A DNA stretch of 64,000 nucleotides. It comes from Octopus vulgaris (Eukaryota). Positions within the stretch are counted from its first letter, which is position 1. Every line of letters starts with the position of its first letter. Of the stretch, positions 12,851 to 25,900 are shown piece after piece. Where the stretch lies: the NCBI GenBank assembly GCA_951406725.2, contig OX597826.1, positions 78,182,001-78,246,000 on the forward strand, read 5' to 3'. The notes beneath the pieces were generated by a model. The model made no database searches and was not told the origin of the DNA. It worked only from the letters and a program-made list of their open reading frames with translations. A program made the position numbers and the translations under genes.

Positions 12851-13059
12851 TTATTTACATTTGACGGATATTCGGCCCATTCTTGTTTGTTGTTAACATA
12901 ACGTTTCGTTTGATATACCCTCCAGCCTTTATCTGGTTTCTTGGGAAAATTTCGAACCTGGGTTCTCATTCCTAAGGTATTTTTCGATGTAATTATTATT
13001 ATTATTATTATTTGTTAACAACAATCAAGATGAGGACAAATATCTGTCAAATGTAAATA
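12851..13059. mobile_element. PLE-terminus family copy with inverted ends (same family as 24713-24919)
   Basis: 12851-12898 and 13013-13059 are imperfect inverted repeats (TTATTTACATTTGAC.GATATT...TGTTAACA). A decayed hammerhead-like motif lies on the minus strand at about 12895-12940. Confidence 0.75.
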
Positions 13060-13194
13060 ACATAAATAATTCAACTCTTAAATATAGAACAGTAACACAG
13101 TAACAAGTTTGGCAAAGTGTGATGCAGCCGCACATAACGATCAAAGCGATTACGTTTCAATCGCAGAAAAAAATTTTTAAATTCTAAAAAAAGT

Positions 13195-13290
13195 TAGCCT
13201 TCATAGATTTGAACTCCGTTCGCAATATCGTAGCTCACTACCTCAAGGCATCCGATACTCTAACAACACAGCCAATCCCAGCCCCGCTCC
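13195..13290 (-). mobile_element. Isolated tRNA-like SINE head
   Basis: Minus strand has TGGCTGTGTTGTTAGAG (A box) and GGAGTTCAAATC (B box); no cloverleaf or CCA. Confidence 0.4.
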
Positions 13291-13664
13291 ATCGGAGTTG
13301 TAAAGTTGAATCATTTCTCCCTACGTTAACAACTTTGAAGTTTTAGAATTTGCCTTAGGGTTTACATGCCAACGTTATTATTTGGTTTTTAAAACAATAT
13401 TTTAATGAATATTTCTGTATTAACTTTACTCTGAAATTACAAATCTGGAAACAAAAATGTCTCGTCTCAATGTTTAAATATATTTTATTGAGCTGTGTTT
13501 TATTCCCGGCTACTTTTGTTCCATTGTTTCCTGTCCACTATCTGATATTCTATTTTCTATTCCCTATTTATGAAGTAATAAACGTTTGTTAGAAAGCTTG
13601 TTTTCCACCCAATGGTTCTATTAGAATGGATGTCGTCACTTTCTATTCTTTGATACCATTTCTG

Positions 13665-13727
<63 letters not shown>

Positions 13728-13795
13728 ATACTAGTTGGTGGTGATAGTCATGACTGTGGCTTTTACTATTACCATTATTATAATTGCATAATTAA

Positions 13796-14510
13796 GGCGG
13801 CGAGCTGGCAGAAACGTTAGCACGCCGGGCGAAATGCATAGCCGTATTTCGTCTGCCGTTACGTCCTGAGTTCAAATTCCGCCGAGATCGACTTTGCCTT
13901 TCATCCTTCCGGGGTCGATTAAATAAGTACTAGTTACGCACGGAGAGGACAAACAAAGACAGACAAACAGATAAAGTCGATTATATCGACTCCAGTGCGT
14001 AACTGGTACTTATTTAATCGAGCCCGAAAGGATGAATGGTAACGTCGACCTCGGCAGAATTTGAACTCAGAACGTAGCGGCAGACAAACTACCGCTAGGC
14101 ATTTTGCCCGTCGTGCTAACGTTTCTACCAGCTCGCCACCTTCTGAAAAGATGAAAGTTAAAGTCGACCTCGGCGGAATTTGAACTCAGAACGTAAAGAC
14201 AGACGAAATACCGACAAGCATCTCGCCCGGCGTGCTAACGTTTCTGCCAGCTCGCCGCCCGATTGAATAAGTACCAGTTACGCACTGGGGTCTATATAAT
14301 CGACTTAATCCGTTTGTCTGTCCTTGTTTGTTCTCTCTGTGTTTAGCCCCTTGTGGGTAGTAAAGAAATAGGTCCTTACGTTCTGGATTTAAATTCTGCC
14401 GAGGTCGACTTTGCTTTCCATTATTTCGGGGCCGTTAAAATAAATACCAGTCGGCCACTTGGGTCGATGTATTCGACTTACCCCCTTTCCCGAAATTACT
14501 GGACTTATTC
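13796..14510. mobile_element. Family A SINE cluster with adjacent inverted copies
   Basis: + copy 13796-13941, - copy 13943-14141, partial - copy 14144-14259, + pieces 14260-14510. Confidence 0.88.
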
Positions 14511-14544
14511 CAAAAGGTGGAAGCTTTCTTATAGTTGTAATTAA

Positions 14545-14768
14545 CCCATTAAGTCCCAGTGTCCTTTAAATAGGACACTAAATGAAAACATTGAATAAGC
14601 TATATCACATTGTCTCACTGTCCTATTTATAGGACACCGAGTATTTCCATTTCTACTTGAAATAAAGGAGTTTTAATAATTAATTATTTTTATTTTAACC
14701 TATTTTCAATCATCTGTAAAAATTTAAAATTAATATTCAGAAATTTAAGTACTCTGGGACTTAATGGG
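14545..14768. mobile_element. piggyBac-type MITE (224 bp)
   Basis: TTAA on both sides (14541-14544, 14769-14772). TIR CCCATTAAGTCCCAG(T/A)GT, 18 bp with one mismatch. Two internal palindromes of the TGTCCT...AGGACA type. Confidence 0.92.
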
Positions 14769-14849
14769 TTAACAATACAAGTCTGGTTGCTGATGGCAAC
14801 AGTTTTTTTTTTCTTTTGAGGGTGGAGGGTGGAATGAAACAAAAAAATA

Positions 14850-15285
14850 ATTCCTAAATTGAGCACAAATCATTTCATGACTTTATTTGGAGAAAGAAAT
14901 TAAACGGTTCAATATTTCCAGTGCTTAACAGTTACTTATTGCTCGACTTAAGAGACATGGAAAGCAAAATCTAGTCCTTTGATATTTGAACTGAAGACAT
15001 TAACGAACAGGAAAAAAAAATGTGACCCACCACCGAAACGCCTTTGAACACAACGAAAATAACCGCTTCAGATTCTGACAAATCAGCAACAATATTATGG
15101 AAGAGGTTAATCGATTATATCGAGTCAAGCACTCGAGTGGTACTTTATTGCATCGATTCCGAAAGAATGAAAGAAAAAGTTGGCCTCGGTTGCATTTGAA
15201 CTCAGAACATAAAGAGCCGGAAGGTATGCGGTTAAGCATTTTGTCCGACGAGCCAAAGATTCTGGCATTTCGCCGCCTTTGCGAA
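14850..15285 (-). mobile_element. Two degenerate family A SINE copies
   Basis: TTTGAACTCAGAAC and GAAAGAATGAAAG...AAGT motifs on the + strand. Confidence 0.6.
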
Positions 15286-15369
15286 ACAACTTAATGCTAT
15301 GTAACAACTTGAGATATCTAATGCGGTCAGTAAATATTTAGGGTCGGAGTGCGTGGCGTTTTGTATACG

Positions 15370-15745
15370 TTTACTTATACTTGTTTCAGTCATTTGACTG
15401 CGGTCATGCTGGAGCACCGCCTTTAGTCGAGCAAATCGAGCCCGGGACTTATTCTTTGTAAGCCTAGTACTTATTCTATCGGTTCTCTTTTGCCGAATCG
15501 CTAAGTTACGGAGACTTAAGCACACCAGCATCGGTTGTCAAACGATTGGGGGTGGGAACAAACACAGACACCAGAACATATACACACATATATATACCCC
15601 GGGCTTCGTTCAGTTTCTACCAAATCCACTCACAAGGCTTTGGTCGGCCCAAGACTATAGTAGAAGACACTTGCCCAAGGTGCCAGGCAGTGGGACTGAA
15701 CCCGGAACCATGTAGTTGAGAAGCAAGCTTCTTACCACATGCCCC
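15370..15745 (-). mobile_element. Family B SINE
   Basis: Close match to 23177-23586 (GACTGCGGTCATGCTGGAGCACC...AGACACTTGCCCAAGGTGCC...GGGACTGAACCC). Confidence 0.88.
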
Positions 15746-16591
15746 TATGTATATAATGCTATCTTATGTATTAGTAATGAGCAGGGGTCAGCATTTCAGG
15801 ACTACTGAGCTAAATCCATCCCGAGGCTTCATTTCATTCGGGCTGCCATATTTATTGTGCCGTTGCTTACAAAATCTGTTCTGTTTTGTTTGTATTTCTG
15901 GTTAACAAAGAATGAAATTTTGGTATCGAAAAATACGTACAAGTTTACCATTTGTTGTGGCCTCAAATGTTAAAATATTAATTTAAAGTAAAAATGAGAT
16001 TATCCTCACTTAGTAGAGCATAAAATATTCTCCAGTTGCGAGGTTTTAAAGCTGTAAATATTTTCAGCTTCTTAAATGACAGAAACAACAGACTTTCGGC
16101 GTCGTTGCAATAGAGTTTGCACGAATTATGGATGGTAAGGAAGGAGGGTGTGGCATAGAATATTTACTTGACCATTGAAGACCTCCGAAGCCACAACGAC
16201 GCCTTGTTAAACTGAACAAAGTGTTTCAACTCTTCAATGTATGCTGTGGTATGGTACCCGCTGGGGTTTATGGCTTTAAATGTGTAGCGATTCCTTCATT
16301 AAATTATATGACTTTTAAAATATTGAAGACAAAAGCTGTTTATATATATTAGTATGTGCGTGTGTAGAGGGGAGAGAAAGAGAGAAAGAGAGAAAGAGAG
16401 AGGTGAAAGGAAATGGTATATTTGCAAAGCTAAAAGAAATGCATTTTTCGATCCGGTTCGCCTCCGAGAGAATTTGCCAACATCCGGTGTTGTGTAGGAA
16501 TATAAGTTAGGAGTGTCGTATTGAGTCAAAAGTTTTGCAATAGTTTCGTTTCTTCCATTTGTTTGATTCCTCTAGTTACAACAAAAAGCAG

Positions 16592-16830
16592 CCTAGCATC
16601 CAAAGTAGAGGCCATGGTGTGGCCCCATCTGAAGCCACCTTTCTGCCAGTTCTTTGATCCCGTACTGATACCTGTTCTTGTCCTTCGAGGCGAATAACTC
16701 CTTCACTAAAGCTTTCATCTCCTTTTGGTTCCAGCTAATCTACTTTTGTTGTAACGCAATATTTAGAGCAGTTTGTGGGGCGGGGGCTTAGCCGTGTGGT
16801 TACTTCGTTACCATGAACTCTTGTAGAAAA
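16592..16830 (-). mobile_element. mariner transposase C-terminal remnant
   Basis: Minus strand reads MKALVKELFASKDKNRYQYGIKELAERWLQMGPHHGLYFGC*, matching F.SK...Y..GI..L..RW......G.YF. Confidence 0.7.
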
Positions 16831-17175
16831 TATTTGGAGTGGTTTCACGATTTCTTTACTTGAATTCGGTGTCCTTTTGAAACTAATTCTTAGTATTCCG
16901 TCCGTTTGGTACTTTAGTTCGTTTTTCGCTTGGTTACATCAGAAACAATAACATACATTTAACTGAAACTGTGAGTTATAAAATCGTAGCGTAGATACTG
17001 TTGCTGTTGTTGTTGTTGCTGTTGTAGCGGTTACTTAGCTTCAGGTCAGCCCTCTTTCAACCAGACTTTGACTAATGTTATTCCAAGATGGTTGTGTACA
17101 AAGCTGTATGACTCAGTGCCCCGCTCCGCAAATACGTGATTTTGAGTTCGAGCCTACTGAATCAGCTCGTCTTAA

Positions 17176-17400
17176 AGCAAGGGCAGACTGAGCGTCTACC
17201 CGGGGCCCCATGCATGCAGGGCCCTGCAATGAACGCTACATTTGGCAATGTACAATCTACCAAATTCTTCGGGTCTACCAGAGCCATGTAAATACAATTT
17301 AATAGATCGAAACTGAAAACTCTTCATCATGAGAACCGGTTCCTTCTCATACATAGTAGACTTAATATGATTCCCTCGATTAAAGACCATTACCTGGTCA
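17176..17400 (-). mobile_element. Possible hAT transposon 3' end remnant
   Basis: NHIKSTMYEKE resembles the hAT dimerisation motif N.LRSTM.QER; a GC-rich GGGGCCCC subterminal segment is adjacent. Confidence 0.35.
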
Positions 17401-17580
17401 TTGGGTGTCCCTAAGTCCACTATGGGAAAAGAATTTGGTGCCATGGATCTGGTCTCAGAAGAACTTCCTTCGTTCCTTTCAGCTGTATGTAAGGCTTTGT
17501 GGACATTCGGGACCGTTTCTCCTCAGAAAACTCATTTACAAAATAAAATCCCATGTTTTACAACCAATACATTTAGGTAA

Positions 17581-17876
17581 AGGCGCATGGCTTAATGGTC
17601 GTGAGTTCGATTCCTGACGGCACGTTGGGTCCTTGGGCGACACACCTATTTCATGTTGCTCCAGTTCACTCACATGGCAAAAATGAGTTCTACCTGCATT
17701 TGAAGGGGCCAACCTTGTCCCCTTCTGTGTCACGCTGAATTTCCCCGAAACCGATGTTAAGGACACGCGTGTCTGTGGAATTCTCAGTCACTTGCACAGT
17801 CATTTCACGAGCAGCAGGCAATTCCGTAGATGAGATCAACTGAAAACAGTCGTCGCCGTAAACGACGGAACGCCAG
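17581..17876 (+). mobile_element. tRNA-derived CORE-like SINE family C
   Basis: GGCGCATGGCTTAATGG, GAGTTCGATTCC, TCCTTGGGC and tail GTCGTCGCCGTAAACGACGGAACGCCA; homologous to 25585-25900 and 26238-26392. Confidence 0.8.
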
Positions 17877-18314
17877 TTTATACAGGACGGAGAGGGATTT
17901 GGCTGTTTTTATTTGTATTACAAGCGCCTACTTAGAGGCTCTTTTCACTGGTTCATGTGGTGATGTCGTTGCAGTTGTTGTTGTTGCTGTTGCTGTTATT
18001 GTTGTTGTAACAGTTATTCATTGTTCCCGTTTCGGTTTATCGATGTGTAGTAATGGGGCTCCGTTTGCAGTTCGATCGACAATTTTCAACCAAACAAAAT
18101 CTTCATCACATTCAGCCATGCAGCCATTTTGTTTTTCTCCTTTTATAGACAGTCCAACCTGTATTTTTCTACCATTAAAGCATATTTCCTCAATTTCAAA
18201 AAAAAAAAATTAAATGTTATTATTGCTGTTGTTATTGTTTTCGTTGTTGTTGTTTTCGTTGTTGTCGTTGCTTTATTGTCGTCGTCTTCACCATTATAGT
18301 TATTGCTGCTGCTC

Positions 18315-18355
<41 letters not shown>

Positions 18356-18555
18356 GCTGCTCCTGCTGCTACTATTACTACTATGTTATTCTATTTTTTT
18401 TTTTACTAAATTTAAGCCAAAGTGGATGAAATTTCTTTCACATTATTAATGTTCTTTGTAAGTGTTGTTGTTGCTGTAGATGTCGCTGTTGCTGATGTGG
18501 TTGTTTTTAGAACTGTTTGGCAGTTTGGGGATTTTAGAATCATATATATACATGC

Positions 18556-18607
<52 letters not shown>

Positions 18608-18720
18608 GTGTGTACATACATACATATACATGTGCATATATATATATATATATATACATACATATACATGTGCATATATATATACATATATATGTTCATA
18701 TATATATATATATATACATA

Positions 18721-18778
<58 letters not shown>

Positions 18779-19559
18779 CATATTATATTATTATTATTGT
18801 TATTACTATTGTTATTGTTGTTGTTGTTATATCATTCTACAGTGCAGCGTGTGTCATGGACAGAAACGAGTGATCACCATTTTAGGGTGCTACTTTAAAC
18901 ATCGATCGCTACGAGTGTAATCATCAAAAGGCGTCACACACTTCAGTTCAATGTTATTATCACTGATCGATACAGCTGACTACTTTCAACTTGCCGACGT
19001 CACTGACTCTTCTTATGATGCAACACGTTTTACACACCGCAAGCTATTTGTGCACTATAATATATTGCACGATTTTTCAAAGGTGCTTGCTGCTGCGGTT
19101 GAGGATTGGTTTTTTTTAATCTTTGTTTGCGACGTTGTTTTTGTCGTTGTTGGTGCAGCAGCTGTTGTTTTCGTTGTTGTTGTTGTTTCTGGTGGTAGTT
19201 TCGTTTTCGTTGTTATCATCGTTGTTGGTGTTACTGTCTTATTGTTTTTTTGCTTTTATCACTGTTATCGTCAAATTTTGTCGTCGTCATCGTCATCGTT
19301 GGTGTTGTTTGGTGTTGGTGGTGGCGTCGTTTCCGTTATTGTCATTGTTGTTTTTCTTTCTGCTTTTTGTAGTCGTTGTTGTTGGTGGTGTTGTTATTGT
19401 TGTTATTGTTGTTATTGTTTTTTATTGTTTTACTGTTTTGTTGTTGTTTTATTCTTTTTTTATTTTGGGGGGGGGGGGTATCGCTTTTATCGTTGCTGAG
19501 GTTGACATCGTTTGTTTTATAGTTGTTCGCTTGTTGTTTTTTTTTTTATTTGATTGTTG

Positions 19560-19628
19560 ATGATAACGACGGTGGAGTTTCTGTCGCTGCCGCTGCTACA
19601 GCTGCTGCTGCTGCTCTTCTTGCTGGTT

Positions 19629-19662
<34 letters not shown>

Positions 19663-20228
19663 CAAGAACACGACGAATATTGGTAGTGGTCGAGGTGGTA
19701 ATGGTAACGCCAACGCCTGCGACGGTGGAGGTGGTGGTATGAGGGTGGTATGGCGGTGACATGGCGGCGACATGGCGGGGACATGGCGGTAGCATGGCGA
19801 TGGAGGTGGCGGTGGCGGCATGACGGTGGTATGACGGTGGTATGGCGGTGGCATGGTGGTGGAGGTGGCGGTGGCGTGGTGCTGGTATGGCGATGGCACG
19901 GCGGTGGAGGTGATGGCGATAGCGTTAGACGAGTCGGCGGTAGCGATGCTAACGGTGGCGGAGGCGACGGCGACAGTAAGAGCGAAAAGGGTGGCGGTAG
20001 CGGAGGGGGTGGCAGCATTAACGGCAGCAACGATGGCAGCGGCAGCAGCAGCAGCGGGTCTGTGACAGCAGCAGCAGCAGCAGCAACGGGGCCGCAGCAG
20101 TAGCGGCGACAGCAACAAAGACCGTGACGGCAGCAACGACAGTGTTTAGTGGTGGATGTGACTACGACAATGATCAAAACGGCGGCGACGGCCACGACGA
20201 CGATGATGACAGTGATGATGATGATGAC

Positions 20229-20260
<32 letters not shown>

Positions 20261-20273
20261 CGATGACGATGAC

Positions 20274-20328
<55 letters not shown>

Positions 20329-20570
20329 GTTATGATGATGATGATGATGATGACGACGACGACGATGATCATGATCATGATGACGATGATGATGACGATG
20401 ATCATGATCATGATGACGATGATGATGATGACGATGACGATGATGATGATGATAACGATGACGATGATCATGATGATGATGATGATGACGATGATGGTGA
20501 TGATGATGATGATGATGATGACGATGACGATGACGATGACGATGATGATGATGATGATGATGACGCTTAA
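19560..20570. repeat. Compound trinucleotide low-complexity block (GGT/GGC/GCA then GAT/GAC)
   Basis: Visible triplet repeats giving homopolymer ORFs in several frames on both strands. Confidence 0.93.
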
Positions 20571-20724
20571 GCTATTTTTATTGCTGTTGGTGAATTCTTG
20601 TTTGTTTCTCGTTGTATCGGTCATAACTCTCTTTCATGAAAGGAGAAGCAAAGAAAAAAAACAAACTTTTAGAATATAAAAAAAAAAAAGAAATATTAAA
20701 ACATGAAAATAATGAAATATCCAA

Positions 20725-20773
<49 letters not shown>

Positions 20774-21102
20774 ACACACACAAACATTTAAAAAAAACGC
20801 AATCACCACATAAATAGACATTACAAAAAAAAAGATGTGTGGGAGAAGCAAACGTAAAACCGGTGTGATTTGGTGGTACCGTAGTTAAAAGTTGAAATTA
20901 AAATACAATTAAACAAGAGACGGCTTAAGTATAGCAAGCGTGTGTAACATTAAAAAAGAAATGTGTTGTCGCCGTTTGATGTCTCGGAAACGGCCACAAG
21001 CATTGATGAAAGAGATGACTTTTATATTTCTCTTTCATATAGGTTTACCTTTCTATTTTTACATAGTATTTATTTATTCATTTATATATTTATTCATTTA
21101 TA

Positions 21103-21255
<153 letters not shown>

Positions 21256-22216
21256 TCATCCCCTTCTACCTTTGCTTTCAGTTGATTTTACTTTTTTTTT
21301 TCTACTAAACGAGTACTTTTCATCTATATGACTAACGAAAATGTCAGCGCTGCAACCCTGACCGATTTCTTCTTTTCCTTTTTAATTTTTTTTTTGTTCC
21401 TGTTTTGTTTTTCTCATACAGAGTTAGTAGTGACAGACGATCGTATAAGTTTTTAAAAAATGCAGTCATGTGACAAAATATGCAGAGACAGCTATATGTC
21501 GCAAACTGGGTCTAATACCATCGCCAGCTATTTTAAGCCTAAAATATCAAAAAATTGCTTCGGTTTCATTACAAGACACCATGATCTCAGACTAAAAAGA
21601 CATATGAAGCAACGATCTCCTGCAAACCACACCTGAGCATTCAATAAAGTAAAAGGTTACTTGATGTAATGTATTCCTAGAGACCTTTGAAAACACTGTG
21701 GATGGCCACGAAGGGAATACATTTGATCATAGTGCAACTCCATACCATTTGGTATAACCTGTGCCTAACATAAATGAAAACAATAAAAAATTCGAGTCAA
21801 CAACCCTCTACTGGGTCACTCGACATACTAGAAAGAGGAGTTAAAATATTACTTTTTAAATTGTTATCTACCTATATAAAAGAGGAAAAAACTTGACACT
21901 TTGGCTTTGGTAAGGATTCAATGGCACTAGACGTGCTAGGATCGAGCTGAAAATTGGTAGGGATACTAAATGCGTGCTGAGGGTCCGACCTGCGATGGTT
22001 AAAATTCGCAAGCTATAAAGATGTGGTTGCTATGGCAAAGAGAGTGGAAATTGACAAGTGTTTGTTGTTCCTCTCTAATGATTATAACCCTTTCTTCTTC
22101 CATCTCTCTCTTTCCCCCTTCCCTCCTCTTTATCTCTATAACGGCTTTCCACAGCTTCTACTCACTGTCTTTCACTCTCCGTATTCGCTGTCTCTCTGTC
22201 GCTCTCCCTACCCCAG

Positions 22217-22270
<54 letters not shown>

Positions 22271-22414
22271 GGCAAACTTTTCTAATGGAATCCCCCCGCC
22301 AACATACATAATCCCTCTCTTTTTCTCTGTTACTCACTCACATTTTCTCTCACTGTAACAAGTGAATAACAAAATTTCAGTTAACTCTCTGGCTCATATC
22401 GCACACCCCATCAA

Positions 22415-22463
<49 letters not shown>

Positions 22464-23176
22464 AGGCAGTGAATGCTGGAACCGCTCCATGCGGTAAGGG
22501 CTGATTTAAGGTTAAACAATATCTATTACCTCTACTAATCCCACACCACTGCAAGATGCTGCTACTACTAGCATTCACTATTACCATCAGTACTGCTGCT
22601 GTTACAACGACATTATGAGGGTAATACAGACAAGTATAAAGAATACACTGCGGAAAGTAAGTCGAGATGATATAACAATACAATCAGGCGCTTTCGAGAA
22701 GGGTATTTCTTGGGAAAGGGAGCAAGGAACCAGAGTGCATGGTTATATGAAGGAAACATCACATCTAAAGCTGAGATGTGTAATAGTGTAGATTGTTGTA
22801 CCTCGTGCCTGAACTAGGAATAGCGAGATTCTCGAAGCAGACAAATGAATTACTTTCAACAAGAGCAAAATGGCTGATGGAATAGGAGATATACAAGTGT
22901 ATATTTTGAATCAGGGCGTTTGATTGTTAAGTCAAATTGAGAAAGCAAGAATGGCTAATCTTAACGTTGCGTGTATTAAAGATATGTGATATTCATAAAT
23001 ATGGTGTCTTACAAAGCGTAGGAAATTTATGACAATATTAGTTAAGATGTCAAAGTAATAGATGGAGGATTAAACCAGATATTCTTCCTCTTCCTAATAC
23101 TCTTTTGGTTTCACTTGGTGGAATGTCCTCCATATACACTAGATACTCACAGGAACCGTTCTCTCTCTCTCTCTCT

Positions 23177-23586
23177 TTTACTCTTTTTAATCTTTTACTT
23201 GTTTCAGTCATTTGACTGCGGCCATGCTGGAGCACCGCCTTTAATTGAGCAAATCGACCCCGGGACTTATTCTTTTGTAAGCCCAGTACTTATTCTATCG
23301 GTCTCTCTTTTGCCGAACCGCTAAGTAAAGGGGATATAAACACACCAGCATCGGCTGTCAAGCAATGCTAGGGGGACAAACACAGACACACAAACACACA
23401 CACGCATATATATACATATATACGACGGGCTTCTTTCAGTTTCCGTCTACTAAATCCACTCACAAGGCTTTGGTCGGCCCGAGGCTATAGTAGAAGACAC
23501 TTGCCCAAGGTGCCACGCAGTGGGACTGAACCCGGAACCATGAGGTCGGTAAACAAGCTACTTACCACACAGCCACTCCTGCGCCT
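23177..23586 (-). mobile_element. Full-length family B SINE
   Basis: Complete head (AGGCGCAGGAGTGGCTGTGTGGTAAG), B box, CORE-like CCTTGGGCAAGTGTCTT and GACTGAAACAAGTAAAAG tail. Confidence 0.9.
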
Positions 23587-24055
23587 ACCTTAGATCTTCA
23601 TGAAAATTCCCAGGTTTTAGGATAGGCTAGTGATTCTCCTAATGATCGTGGCTACATGGTTTCCAATTACACTTGCTGAGATGGTTGAAACAGAAGTGAG
23701 GTAAATGTAGTTTTCCCTTTTGGGTCTCGGTAGGGTTGAGCTTGTTTGCTTGCCGTTAAATTTAATGTAGCATCCTTTGCCGATGAATATTCACTTTCGC
23801 TTTGTTAACTCTCTCTTAAAGTTTACGTTTGCGGACTACAAGCCAGTAGCATTTTGGAAAACAGGTTTGAAATTAGAATATCTAAAATTGATACAAAAAT
23901 CAAATGACACTCGAATGGTTTGTTTATTGCCATTCCCTTGAGCGGTGCACAGGGAATTGATTAGAATTTGATGTAAAGATATAATGGTGTGATTCATAAA
24001 CATGCACACCCACGCACGCACATACACACAAACACACACACTCACATGCACACGC

Positions 24056-24104
<49 letters not shown>

Positions 24105-24311
24105 TATGTATATATATTATACATATATGTATATATAAACCTATATACATATGAGTGTATTAAAACTAAAGGAAAGTTTGATAATGCGCCAGACACTTTA
24201 ATACACTTGAATCAAACAAGTTTTATTTTTCGTCATAGTAGATAAATCGTTTTTATTACACACACACACATACATGCATACATAAATATATATATAAACG
24301 TACGTGTATAT

Positions 24312-24372
<61 letters not shown>

Positions 24373-24377
24373 TATGC

Positions 24378-24448
<71 letters not shown>

Positions 24449-24712
24449 CCCATTTGTATAGATACATACATACATGCATACATACATAAAAATTGAATTC
24501 ACATAAATTGTTTCCATATAAAGAAAGTTTTATGGAAAAAAATATAAGTGTAAGTTTTAACAAAGTGAGTTTTACATATAAAAAAAACAGAAAAAAAATC
24601 ACACTTTTCTTAAAAGTTTTGGTGTGATAACAAAATGCTTTACTTAATATGTATTAGTGCAAGCTGTCAAAAACAAATTTTAAGAGAAAATAGAGAATTG
24701 TACATTATTTGT

Positions 24713-24919
24713 ATTATTTACATTTGACGGATATTTGGCCTCATCTTGTTTGTTATTAATACAACGTTTCGGCTGATATATACTCCAGCCTTCATCAGGT
24801 GTCTTGGGCAAATTTCGAACCTTGGTTTTCATTCCTTAGGTGCAAAAATTCCCCCAAGACACCTGATGAAGGCTGGAGGGTATATCAGCCGAAACGTTCT
24901 GTTAACAACAAACAAGATG
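24713..24919. mobile_element. PLE-terminus inverted repeat with a hammerhead-like motif in each arm
   Basis: Arms 24742-24815 and 24846-24919. + motif GACAC-CTGATGA-A-GGCTG...CAGCC-GAAAC-GTT-CTGTT at 24858-24903; - motif at 24758-24803. Confidence 0.8.
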
Positions 24920-25584
24920 TCACTACTAACAGCAGTAGTACCAATCGTTTACTATTTTTCCAACAGTTTTTCTTGTTGTTTTTCCTTTTCTTCATTGTCT
25001 TATTTCTTTCTCTTCATCTCTCCTCTTCCCGCTCCTCTAGTTTCTTAAATTTTGTTGTTGTTTTTTATCTTTAGCATTAGCAACAATAATAACCGTAACA
25101 ACAACAACGACAATCACAGCAGCAACAATATATACAAATCAATCGATACATATATCTAATCGATATTCAGTGTTTTAGAGCGATGTTGTGTTTCTAAGCA
25201 CAGACCGTCGTTATTTCACTGTTAATTAGGGTAATACTAATAAAGCAGTATTGATTGCATCTGTGGCCGACAACATCTACTAATTGTTTTGTAAGGGCGG
25301 GGGTGGGGATAGGCGGAGGTGAGGCTATGAAGATGTGTGGGGTGGTGGGGGAGAGAGAGGAGTGGGTATTGGTTCTGGTGGGAGTGGTGGTTGTAGCACA
25401 TATTTAGTGGTAGGTTTTTAGGTGGTGGTACTATTGGTAGTATTGGTACACGTGTTAGTGTTGCCACCGATGCTTGTAGTGCGTTTTGATGTTTGTGGGT
25501 GATGGCCATGGTGCTAGGAGTGGTAATGTTGACGTTAGTTATAGTGTCACGTTTAGTGGCAGAGTTAGAATTGGGGGGGGTAAG

Positions 25585-25900
25585 TGGTACTCCGTCGGTT
25601 ACGACGACGAGTGTTCCAGTTGAACCGATCAACGAAACAGCCTGCTAGTGAAATTAACGCGTGGCCGAGTACTCCGCAGACACAAGTACACTTAATGTTG
25701 CTCTTAGGGTGATTAAGCATGATACAGAATGTAACAAATTAGGTCCTTTCAATTACAGGTATCACTTTTGTCAGCCGAGTTGCCCGGAGTAACATGAAAT
25801 AAAATATCTTGCTCAAGGACACAACGCGTCGTCGCAAATCGAACTCACAACCCGACGATCGTGAGCTGAATACCCTAACCACCAAACCACGCGCCTTCAC
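25585..25900 (-). mobile_element. Family C SINE, full length
   Basis: Minus strand GTGAAGGCGCGTGGTTTGGTGGTTAGG...GAGTTCGATT...TGTCCTTGAGCAAG...CGTCGTAACCGACGGAGTACC. Confidence 0.8.

Noticed and set aside
15782-16260. Possible hAT/Charlie end (CAGGGGTCAGCA)
   Set aside because: No matching second TIR and only vague coding similarity.
19596-20679. 342 aa ORF and poly-Asp/poly-Met ORFs
   Set aside because: (GAT)n and (GGT)n artefacts with no domain content or splice support.
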